Made by a program: the position numbers and the translations under genes
Source of the DNA: Octopus bimaculoides
Lineage: Eukaryota
DNA length: 34,963 bases
Direction of reading: 5' to 3'
Assembly (NCBI RefSeq): GCF_001194135.2
Contig: NC_068987.1
Span: 38,929,778-38,964,740, forward strand
Shown: in pieces, positions 22,863-33,299 of the stretch
Layout: the number at the start of each line of letters is the position of its first letter
Numbering within the stretch: the first letter of the stretch is position 1
The notes under the pieces: generated by a model
Told to the model about the DNA's origin: nothing
Database searches by the model: none
Seen by the model: the letters and a program-made list of their open reading frames with translations, nothing else

Positions 22863-24589
22863 TGGTTAGTCAGTCAGTTAGTAATAATATACATCTACAG
22901 TTCTCAATGTATATATTAAGAGATCACTAGTGTCAAAAAATTTCTTTGGATTTCAGACAGCCTTGATTTATTAATATAAATTCTTAGTTTTGCTAGCTCT
23001 ACTATACAAGAGCCATTCTGTAGATTTTATTGTCTAGTTTAACTCCTCGCAGGTTATTTTACTTTCCTATAGCTTATTTTACGCTCATTTTTCTTAATAT
23101 TAATTCATTTGATACCTCTATATCCCTCATATTTTTAGTGCACTGTTTTGTCTTTTAATTGACTATAAAGTCGATTTTTTTGTTATCTAGGATGCTTATT
23201 TTTTATTTCATTTGCATCTGTTTTCATTGTTACCTCTTCAATGTTTATTCTTAACGGCTCGTTTCGGATCCTTTCAGCTTGGATGCCAATTTTCGAAAAT
23301 TCAAAGTTTATTGAAAATTCTAAAGTTTTGGTACATTAATGTAGTTTTCCAAGCTGAATCTCAGGAGATATTTCACTTTTTCCAGAAAAATTTTTTTTTT
23401 TAAATTATAGAGGTTTAAATTTTGATAATTTTCACCCAGTCAAAAAACAGGATTTGAAAGCTTTCATTTTGTGGGTGACGTGTTCTAATATGAAACTGTA
23501 AGTAAATCAACTTCTGCTCTACGTACAACATATAACCCCTTATAACTTTTTTATTCTTTGAATTTTTAGAAAATTTTTGCGAATTTGTATACTGCACTTG
23601 GGAATTCATACAATTATGCAAAAACCAAAAGGGATAAAAAATAAGCGGTGCGTGATTTAAGGCCTATTTGGCTGTTATTTTTAGAACATCTCTCGGCTAG
23701 CAGATGGGTACAAGAAGCAAAACACAGCTTTCGCGTAGAACATATTTGTGAACACATGCTATCTCGTAGACAAAAGAGTTTTTATATTTGGCTTGTTACT
23801 ATGAGAACAGGCATGAATGTGCCTGTGGCTTACGTATGGCTAAAATTAACCAAAATTATCAAACTTTAAAAGCTAATAACTTTATTTATTTATTTATTTA
23901 TTTATCTAATAATAACTTTATTTATTTATTGCGAAAATGAATTTCAAAGCTTTGATTAGCATATAAAATCATATCATTACATCGAACATGAAATCAATTT
24001 AAATAGGAATTGAAGATATTGAAAATTGACAGCCAAACATCTCACTTTATCTCATTTCAATTCTATCTATTCCCATGAGTATTGGCTTGACTAGGAACCC
24101 CTTAACCCATAGTTTGATTACGTATTTATTACTTGTGTCTCTAGTTTCTTTCTTTTTCATGGTTCAAACATGATTCGCTTACCATATATAAAGGGAATAA
24201 CATAATGGTTTCATATTTCGGTATCGTCTTCCGATGAGATTATTACTAATCGATTTAATCATTTATTATTAAAACAAACGTAATAAAATATCTGAAATAT
24301 CAATAATCTGTTTCCTGTTTTTGTTCTGTAAAACTACGTGTGGTTCTTGTTACGATTCAATGGCTCGAGTTTAGATTGCTGCTTTACTGGCTGCATTATA
24401 CCGGCGTAGGATCTACCTTACAATGATCTTACATTCAGGGCAGGAATGACTATATGTATACACACACACATGCACACATGCATATACACTCATATATTAT
24501 ATATGCATGTATATATGTATATATGTGTATGTCATTATTCAGTTTTATGTATTTATGTATGTATGTATTTTGCATACAGTTTGCACTAC

Positions 24590-25790
24590 ACGAGCGGAGG
24601 CTATAACGATTTACAGCATCTTCCGACGTGTCGCTCATTCGACGGTGTGCTGAACAGCTTTAATGCTTCCAGGGAATGTCAATTATTTTGATCCTATCTG
24701 CATTGATGGCGGAAAGTAACAGCGTGATACTCAGTATAACGGTTTTTGTCCGCCTTCAAGGCAGTCACCACAGCGTGGTGGATGCAACTCTAAATCTCCA
24801 ATTCCTATGATGATCAATGGACCGGGAGTGATCTCATCTTCCTTAGACTAACCCAAGCTATTTGCCAAGAACTTTACAGCACATTCTACGCGGAATGGAT
24901 CCAGCTATTTCTTCCCTAACTTCCCCAGTCATACTAACTGCTTTATTTCTGATTCTGGAATATTAGTCGGGGAGGTTTCCATACACATAGAATATATTGA
25001 TTCGTCAAAAGCAATTAAACCAGTCCAAATCTCAATCACTGAATTGAAAGTCATATCACTTGAGATATCCTTAATTCTAGTAAATTTGTTGAATTGTTAT
25101 CTCGAAGAGAAAAGATTCCCTAGCTCATGGAAGAACTGTCGCCAAAATTTTCAAGAACATTGGTGACAGTTTTTTTTTTTTTTCTTATCAGAACAATTAG
25201 TTTTATGCAGGTGGCTAATAATCTATTATTGTTAATGATAAAGCAAATTACTTCGTAGCTTTCGGTCTTCTAAATCTTCTCTTCATTAACTTCACTCATG
25301 ACATGTATTACACTGGAGGCAGTTTTAATGTTCATGTTGCCTTAGATATCTTAACACCCGGCTCATTCATAAACTAACTATGGCTTATTTGATAATCTTT
25401 TCCACCATCAAATTATTCCTAATGAGAAGCATGACGGTTACTGTGACGTTTAGTTCACTGTCTTTTATGAAGATAATGCAAACTTCTCTTGGGAATGTTT
25501 TCCAGAAACTACTGTTTGAGACAAGATAAGAAGATGTTTACAGACAAATTTGCTAATAGCACACTTTATTGCATCACTTCTAAGAGCGTTGGGTACTTGG
25601 ACTTAGTTGCAGATGTTTTCACTGACCTGACGAGAGTCGTACAATATGAAAGCAAATAGCTTGTTGCATTTAGTAAATGCTACTTCACTCTATACCTGTA
25701 AAAGACCAACTGTGCGTATTGTGAATAACCTATGAGCATACATAAAAAGCTTGTGACAGGATCGCTACATCAAGGAACTCTCTCTAATAA
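24590..25790 (+). mobile_element. Heavily decayed CR1/L2-group LINE ORF2 (RT region)
   Basis: LFAKNFTAHST...PNFPSHT...IDSSKAIKPVQISITELK...LILVNLLNCYLEEKRFPSSWK; FRSSKS; VALDI; FANSTLY...DLTRVVQYESK*LVAFS. RT motifs are in the correct order but with many stops. Confidence 0.75.
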
Positions 25791-26679
25791 AGTATAGTAC
25801 TTGCACTAACTGTATTTAATCTTATAATTTACACCATCGCACACCTACCGATAATTTATGGGCCACCAATGAATTTATGAATTACTACAGAACACGCCGT
25901 AATACAACATCTCTCCTTATTCTTTCTTTATATCTAATATTATAATATCCTTATATCTAATATTATCTTTGAATTATTTTCTGTGCCAAATATTTTTCTC
26001 AAATTTCTATTCTTATATATATATTTTGGTTACTGGTTAAATTTCTTTGATCTCTCAAGAGTAATTCTTCTTGGACTGAAAGTTAAGAGTTTTGTTTTAA
26101 CATTTGAAACGCATGTGACTGCTAGTTGGAAACGAACTTTGTCGTGGGAAGTAACTAGATTATTACGTAAACACTTTCTATGCATACGAACATACATACA
26201 AAGTTGTGTACAATGTGATAAACATTAGTTTCATGCCAAATTACTTTTAAAAAAGTTATTATTATGAAATAGTAACAAAGTGATCTTGTGACAAAAGAGA
26301 ACAAACTATACTTTATCAAGCTAGTCAGTGTATTTATGTATGTGCCCGTGTGTGCCAACTAACTGAAGAATATGAGCTTTTGTGAGTTTTGTTTCATGAA
26401 TTTAACACAATAACCATACACAAAAGGCGAAACAATGGCAAAAGTATCTATTTCAATGACACATTTATTAAATCGATCAGGTGACTGGAAAATATTTTTG
26501 CACAGAAATAAAAACAATATACTGTTAATACTTAATTCTATTCCCACTCGTATTGTTGTAATCAAAGGAAGAATAAGTTTCATATACAGTCAGAAAGGTT
26601 TACAGGCATTCTAAACGTTATACATTTGGCTTTTGAAAAAACAAAAGAGAAAGACACATCACATTTCGGTTTCAATTGC

Positions 26680-26774
26680 ATGTACATGTATGTATGTAGG
26701 TATGTATGTATGTATGTATGTGTGTATGTATGTATGTATGTATGTATGTATGTATGTATGTATATGTGTTTGTG

Positions 26775-26816
<42 letters not shown>

Positions 26817-26850
26817 TATATATATCACACGTACACGCACACATACATAT
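26680..26850. repeat. (TGTA)n/(TA)n/(CA)n compound microsatellite
   Basis: Direct reading. Confidence 0.95.
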
Positions 26851-27344
26851 ATATAGGTAGATATATTCAAACACACTAATATCTACCTTATTGTGATAAG
26901 GTACAGCACAGTACTGAGCCATTAAACATAGTATGAATAGAATATATAGAGATACAAGAATCATTGGCTATTTGTAAGTTATACAAACTCGAACGAATAT
27001 GATAAACACTGCCAAATATTATAATGAAATTTGCAAACAAGCTTCATATCGAAATATATTAGAAAATATTGAATTCATCTGTTGAATTAACACCTACCCA
27101 CAGTACCTCTTACTCCCCTTCTCTTCCTCTCTCTTTCCCTTTTCCGTTTTCTTTGTTACCTCTTCAGTTTTTCCAAATTTTTCCTTTTTCTTTCTTTCCC
27201 CAACACCCACTCCCTACAACCTATGATAGAAATCCAGCTTATATGTATGACCTCCATTAGAAATCTCTAGTCATAAATTGTCTGATAACCTTGTGAACAC
27301 AGGCGAAATAGTAAGAGACTGATTCGACCAGAATAAGAATATGG

Positions 27345-27355
27345 TGTATATATAT

Positions 27356-27410
<55 letters not shown>
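27345..27410. repeat. (TA)n microsatellite
   Basis: Direct reading. Confidence 0.95.
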
Positions 27411-27411
<1 letters not shown>

Positions 27412-27414
<3 letters not shown>

Positions 27415-27850
27415 AAGTAGCAGGAAACGTTTATTATAATATGCAAAAAATGCTATGAAATGATGCTCGGTTAAATGTTAGGATTGGGGAGAGGTTTACC
27501 TTCAGTTGTACCTACATATGCAGTGGTATCTGAAAATATAATTAAGAGGATTATGACATAAGCTGGAAAAGTTAAGTAGCTTTTGCTTAGAGGAGGCGAA
27601 TACACATATTGCTACATTATATTATGATTCTTAAATTCCATAAGGTCCCCTATACGAGTAGGTTTATTGCGGGAGCTAGATGTCTTTTTTAATGGGGCAC
27701 CGAATATTATGAGACTGATTTTTGTGAGGTACTGCAAATGAATTTATGAATATAATTTAGGTATTAATATTTTTTGGAGTGTTAAGTCCATTAAATGATT
27801 TTTAGATAGACTTAAAAAAGGTTATAGTTGTTCGAAGTATATATGTGAGT
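27412..27850 (+). mobile_element. Decayed Penelope-like RT fragment (third PLE lineage)
   Basis: With frameshifts: KVAGNV-IIICKKCY (cf. DKAxNNxxxxCKKYY), ILKFHKVPYTSRFIAG (cf. PKLHKxPxxxRFIAG), IYEYNLGINIFWSVK (cf. GINxxWxxKN). Confidence 0.6.
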
Positions 27851-27918
27851 ATGAACCGCTGGAATAATGTTACTAGAATATATATATATATATACGTATA
27901 TTCGTGTGTGTATGTTTG

Positions 27919-27949
<31 letters not shown>

Positions 27950-27954
27950 TGTGT

Positions 27955-28336
27955 GGAGGCAATGGCCCAGTGGTTAGGGCAGCGGACTCGCAGTTATAGG
28001 ATCGCGGTTTCGATTCCCATACTGTGCGTTGTGAGTGTTTATTGCGCGAAAACACCTAAAGCACCACAAAGCTCCGGCAGGGGATGGTGGCGAACCCTGC
28101 TGTACTCTTCCACCACAACTTTCTCTCACTCTTACTTCCTCTTTCTGTTGTGCCTGTAATTCAAAGGGTCAGCCTTGTCACACTATGTCACGCTGAATAT
28201 CCCCGAGAACTACGTTAAGGGTACACGTGTCTGTGGAGTGCTCAGCCACTTGCACGTTAATTTCACGAGCAGGCTGTTCCGTTGATCGGATCAACTGGAA
28301 CCCTCGACGTCGCAAGCGACGGAGTGCCAACAACAA
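27955..28336 (+). mobile_element. tRNA-head SINE, family B, inserted in a (TGTA)n tract
   Basis: A-box TGGCCCAGTGG, B-box GGTTTCGATTCCC, colinear with 12388-12742, (AAC)n tail, (TGTA)n on both sides. Confidence 0.93.
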
Positions 28337-28338
28337 TG

Positions 28339-28371
<33 letters not shown>

Positions 28372-29006
28372 CCCAACAACATTTCCAACTGAATCTGGAC
28401 AAACATCGAATGATAAAATTTGGAGATAGATTTAGCTGAAGAATTTGAGACTCTATTATCCATGCACAATAGTTCAAAGTATTTTTGCAATATGAAAACA
28501 TTTACTAATAACATATTTATTAATGTAATTTTAATAGCTTTTCAAACTAAACTTTATTGATAAATTTAGGCTTTTTTTCAAAATGCAATAGTTACAATAC
28601 TTTATTAAAATATCTTATCCTACAATACTGCTACTAAAATATCTTATCCTATCTCCCCTTAAGGAATTTTTCACACTTCGGTTTATTTCATTTTATGTTA
28701 TTTCTACAATTATGCTTTGTATCTGGAAGCTCCTAAGCACATCCCTAGCACTTGGCGTCCTGGATAACAGCCAGAGACACTAGTAGCCTTGTCTGGCTTG
28801 TGTGAGATCAATTTTCATCTAATTAGGACACTAATTTATCACAGTTCACATTTCTTGAATATCTGATAGCTATTTACCATAGTAAAATAACCTGAGTATG
28901 TGTGGAGAACAGAAAAGTAATAGAGCCCTTTTCACTAATAAATTGTAGGTTTTTAACAAATTTTAGATAAAAGGTAGCTTACGTTAAGAACCGTTATTTA
29001 CGTCCT

Positions 29007-29130
29007 TTACGGACTTTTAAAAAATGATTCAATCATCTGTACCACTTCTTTACAAATGTACTGCATTGTACCTAATTTAGCAGGGACATCAATCACAGTG
29101 TATGACGGTGAATTATATTCCTTTACAAAC
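29007..29130 (-). CDS. Candidate terminal coding exon of an unidentified gene (40 aa, FVKEYNSPSYTVIDVPAKLGTMQYICKEVVQMIESFFKSP*)
   Basis: Acceptor CATTTTTCAACAG|G at 29131-29132, open frame to TAA at 29007-29009, AATAAA about 400-450 nt downstream on the minus strand. No homology recognised. Confidence 0.25.
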
Positions 29131-29699
29131 CTGTTGAAAAATGTTCAAGTTTCTTGCTTAGTTTTTTAATAAGACGTATATGTAAATAAATGATTGGTCT
29201 TATTTTAAATAAACACTTCTAACCGACCACTCATCTAAGGAAGAAGTTAAATTTGATACTGGAATCAACTAAAATAATCGTCAAATTTAATCGCTAAGTG
29301 TTGCTAAAGTGGAACTTGCTACTGTGTGGTAATTATTTACAGCTAAGTTAAGAGAATCTTTGAAACTTGAGTAATGGAGAAGGTTAACGAAGTTGCACTG
29401 GGCAGTCCAGATTGACTCTGGCTGGATTGATTCTGAATCTCTAGGTTACAAAAAAACCAGAGAAGTGATGAACTGTTCATGGCATATCACCGCCATTGAG
29501 TTATGTTCGTGATCAGAATATCTAACTTTGAAGTGGTTTAGTTCAAATTGCTATGAATATGTACTGCAAGATATGAACTACCTACTGCTTTATACTCAGC
29601 AATAGGACTGTAATGATTTATTTCTAACATTGACAAAATAGCATAAATTGGTCTCGGCAGAAATTGAATGTAAATACCATAAGGTATTTCAAACGATGT

Positions 29700-30360
29700 A
29701 ATGATCCTGTCTTTTCAGTTTTAATTATCGATTATTCCTTCTGCTGTTCCAAAATTCAAGACCTTTGACCCTGGTCCACCAAGGTCGACAATTCAATTCC
29801 GCCTTACAGATTCAAATGTTGAATTAACCAAAATTCTATCCTGGCCCGCGTCCTATAATCTCTGCTGGATTACATGGTTCCATTATCAACAGCAGAGTTT
29901 CTCGAAAGGATAATCAGTGACTTTTTGTAGCTTTCCCCGTAAGTGACTTTCTCTATATCTACAAAAAGCGTAGCACTGTATGGGACCAGTAACATCTTGC
30001 AGCTTTAGCTAAAATGAGTAAGAGAAGTTTTAAAATACAAGGACTCCAAGAATATGTTATCAAATGGCCTCTGAGTAAGAACAGGGAGGAAATGAAAACT
30101 AGAGAAAGCATTGCAAGCAACAAAGCCACTTCCGAAAGACCCAGCTTCGCAAGACCCCAGTGCAAAGAAAGGCGTCATTTCATCCGGGAAGATGTCCGAC
30201 TAGAAGTACAGGAAAAACAAATGACTAGAACCATTGGGCTCAAGCAGAAAGGAAGCATGGACAAGATGGAATAGTTTGAAGCAATGCCGGATTTCTATCG
30301 TGCTCGATTTCTTATCCAGGACGTATAGATTAATGTATCTCCATTAAATATGATGCACAG
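29700..30360 (+). mobile_element. Second Hero-like (R2-superfamily) LINE fragment, different subfamily
   Basis: Frameshifted peptides resembling RFKCWIYQ..ILPRVLWPL..Y.VPLSTAEFLERIIS; SVALYGTSNILQL; KERRHFIREDVRLEVQEKQMTRTIGLKQKG; RARFLIQDV. Confidence 0.7.
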
Positions 30361-30384
30361 AAGTATACCCTACCAGCCTAATGA

Positions 30385-30680
30385 ATTTATTTTTTCTTGA
30401 GCTAACTTTGTCATGTGGCGGGATACATACCCCTTTCCTTCTCCATACTCTTTCCTTATCTGTTTGAGGTGATCTTGCACAGTGGACCGAGGTTTATTAA
30501 GCCTCTGGGACAAGTCCCCAGTACTTTGACGCGAATACTCTTCACCACTTTTGAATTTGTTAAACTACCTTTCGCATTCCCGATCACTCAAACCATCAGG
30601 ATATATATAGTGCATATGATGCCTGACTATTTGCTTGAAAATACATGACATTTCTATACACCTAATATATGCCAAAATCT
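30385..30680 (-). mobile_element. Mariner transposase N-terminal (HTH) fragment
   Basis: ICTIY-PDGLSDRECER*FNKFKSGEE...SRQSTGDLSQRLNKPRSTVQDHLKQI resembles the mariner xxxWFxKFxSG and RxTxxELAxxLxxxxSTVxxHLKxxG segments, with an internal deletion. Confidence 0.75.
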
Positions 30681-31176
30681 GAACACTGAAATCTCAGATA
30701 GAGTGAATGATTAATTATCTATTCAAAGTACAGTTAACAAAGAATGGTCATGCCTTTTCCCTAGCGAAAACTTGAAAAAGTTTTTCGTTGAGTAATAGTG
30801 ACATTGTTTCAAAGTAAGCATGGACACTTATAGAAATACATTAATGCCTGCGTAGGAAGAAAGAGAAGAGAACTAGAGAAAAAGCTGGGTGATGCTTGAC
30901 AACAAACTTCAATTGAAAGAAACTTCAATATTCTTTTATTTAAAAGAAAACAGAAAAATAAACAATAATAAATCTTTGTGCGAGGTATAAACAGTAGCTG
31001 CACGACATCGTGAAGTATATTTGCCACCTAAGTGTGGCTAATCCTTAAGGGTTGATGCTACTGTAGCTTGTAGCCTCAGGAAGACATCTCCTCCAGCTGG
31101 CTATTGACACACTACCTGTGCCCTATCAGTATTTGCAAAAGGAAGTCATCGTTCCCATCTCCAGCCTGACGTGTTA

Positions 31177-31221
31177 CACACGGACCCGAGTTTCTGGTTA
31201 TTGATCCGTCATCAGCGTGTG
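31177..31221 (-). ncRNA. Minimal type I hammerhead ribozyme motif
   Basis: Minus strand reads CACACG-CTGATGA-CGGATCAATAACCA-GAAAC-TCGG-GTC-CGTGTG: perfect 6-bp stem I, intact core, short stem II, self-complementary ACTCGGGT stem III, GUC triplet. Confidence 0.9.
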
Positions 31222-31568
31222 ACAACCACCGGTTGGCGATGGGAAATGATTCTCAATGCAAATATATAAATACCTTTTCCAGTGACGAAAAGCCACTGAT
31301 CTCGAAAAAGTGGAAAAAAGCAATAAAAAATCTCTGAGCGATGTATAAACAGTAGGGTTGACGCTACAGTAGCATCAACCCTTAAGGGTTAACCACATTT
31401 AGGTGGCAAATATACTTCACGATGTCGTGCAGCTACTGTTTATACATCGGTCAGAGATTTATTATTGCTTGTTTCCACTTTTTCGAGATCAGTGGCTTTT
31501 CGTCACTGGAAAAGTTATATATATATATTTGCATTGAGAATCATTTCCCATCGCCAACCGGTGGTTGT

Positions 31569-31613
31569 CACACGCTGATGAGGGGTCAATATCCAGAAAC
31601 TCGGGTCCATGTG
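31569..31613 (+). ncRNA. Minimal type I hammerhead ribozyme motif (second copy)
   Basis: CACACG-CTGATGA-GGGGTCAATATCCA-GAAAC-TCGG-GTC-CATGTG; one mismatch in stem I; predicted cleavage after 31607. Confidence 0.88.
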
Positions 31614-31944
31614 TATAACGTCAGTCTGGAGATGGGAACAATGACTTCCCTTTGCAAATATTGATAGGGCACAGTTAGTGTGTCAATAGCCAGCTGGAGG
31701 AGATGTCTTCCTGGGGCTACAAGCTACAGTAGCATCAACCCTTAACGGTTAGCCACATTTAGGTGGCAAATATACTTCAAGAAAAATAGACGTTTTCTTT
31801 TTGATATCATTTTTTTCGATAAATTCACAAGTCTAGGATTGACAGCTATGGTTATAAGAAATTTCTCTGAAATAAAAAGCAAACTATAAAAAGAAACTTG
31901 TAATAGTGATGTGGCGTTATTGCCTGCAGCATCTACTGTTGTCG

Positions 31945-31950
<6 letters not shown>

Positions 31951-31979
<29 letters not shown>
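31951..31979. repeat. (CTA)n microsatellite
   Basis: Direct reading. Confidence 0.95.
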
Positions 31980-32092
31980 GAATCCCGAGAGAATTATGGA
32001 ATGGGAGATTGATATCTTGGGACAACTATCTCCAATGTTATTTATGCACTGCTTGATGACGATTCACACAGACACTCCTGCAGTGGACGTGA

Positions 32093-32131
<39 letters not shown>

Positions 32132-32331
32132 TTTGTACGTGCGTGAGAAAGGAAATACCACAATCACTAGTCATGGCTGTGTTCTAATTTAGCGAATAAA
32201 AGTCTGAAATACAAGTAAAACAAGTACCGAATTCGACAACGCTTTTATTGACATTTCCTATTTTAGAACGTCTTTAAATAGTAGAATGGCACTGAGACAC
32301 CTGTTTAACTTTCTTAACAGTCGGCGATTGT

Positions 32332-32381
<50 letters not shown>

Positions 32382-32714
32382 TACTGTTTTGAAACTTTTT
32401 TTTTTTTAATATAAATGATTAGGTTTTGTTCTGTTTGGTATTTGCAGCCGTCATACCATGTATGTGAAATACTCTTTTCAGTTTGTATTTAAAACAAGAC
32501 CTAAAGCAATTGTTATAGCTTATAGGACTCTGTGTTTATTTCTCGGGTATCGATTGATACATGCCTACGACAGGAAACTAGAGTTCTGATATTTTCAGTT
32601 GGTTACAAATTACTCCCAGATTGAGTCGAACAAGCTTAATATATGAAAGATACATTTCCTGGATGAGCCGGGATTATCAGATGTTTCGGATCTTTCCACA
32701 TCGGACACACTTAC

Positions 32715-32759
32715 CCAGCTGAAGCTGGTTCAACCTCACAATTTGCATTAATGCGGTCA
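32715..32759 (-). other. Candidate exon with a strong donor site
   Basis: Donor CTGG|GTAAGT at 32714. The acceptor is uncertain: GAAACAG| at 32760 (weak, gives 45 bp) or TCGTGTTATAG| at 32830 (gives 115 bp). Confidence 0.2.
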
Positions 32760-33090
32760 CTGTTTCAGTAGCGATGGATTTGTTTTAGCATGCCGTTGCC
32801 AGTAGTATACAAATAAATAGTTTTAAAAACTATAACACGAAGACGAGACAAAAACGAAAAACAGTGTTGACACTCAGGAAATAGGAAAAGAAGGAAATAT
32901 CTTTTACGTTTCAAGTATACATCCATCTTCTGAAAGAAAGGATAAACAAGGAGAGAACAATGGAAAAGAAAATAAAGAAAAACGAACGTGTATACAACCG
33001 CCACGGTATGCTGAAATGATCGGACGTGACAGAGAGGTCGCTTTAGGCGTGAGTGGCAAAGAAGACCACTGTGAAATGGACATGTGTGAA

Positions 33091-33143
<53 letters not shown>

Positions 33144-33199
33144 NNNNNNNNNNNNNNNNNNNGTGTGCGCGCGTGAAGCTATTTTATGCGTGTATGTGT

Positions 33200-33235
<36 letters not shown>

Positions 33236-33299
33236 ATAGTAATTGTATGTGTGTGTATGAGGCTGTTGTGTGCGTCTGACAGGATAGACGTGTTTAGGT

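Larger units (their letters stand above)
30945..31779. mobile_element. ~360-bp hammerhead-bearing tandem unit arranged as two inverted arms (retrozyme-like or non-autonomous PLE derivative)
   Basis: GTATAAACAGTAG recurs at 30985 and 31343 (period 358); CTACAGTAGCATCAACCC recurs at 31364 and 31724 (period 360). Arm 31364-31779 is the reverse complement of arm 30945-31355 at roughly 93% identity by eye. No ORF recognised. Confidence 0.92.

Noticed and set aside
23200-23870. AT-rich stretch that looks like the interior of a DNA transposon
   Set aside because: I could not find matching TIRs or a TSD.
25625-25660. CTGACGA...GAAAG on the plus strand
   Set aside because: No stem II pairing, and it lies inside decayed LINE RT coding sequence.
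26363-26405. CTGAAGA-ATATGA...TCAT-GAAT, hammerhead-like
   Set aside because: GAAT rather than GAAA, poor stem II register, and no stem I or III.
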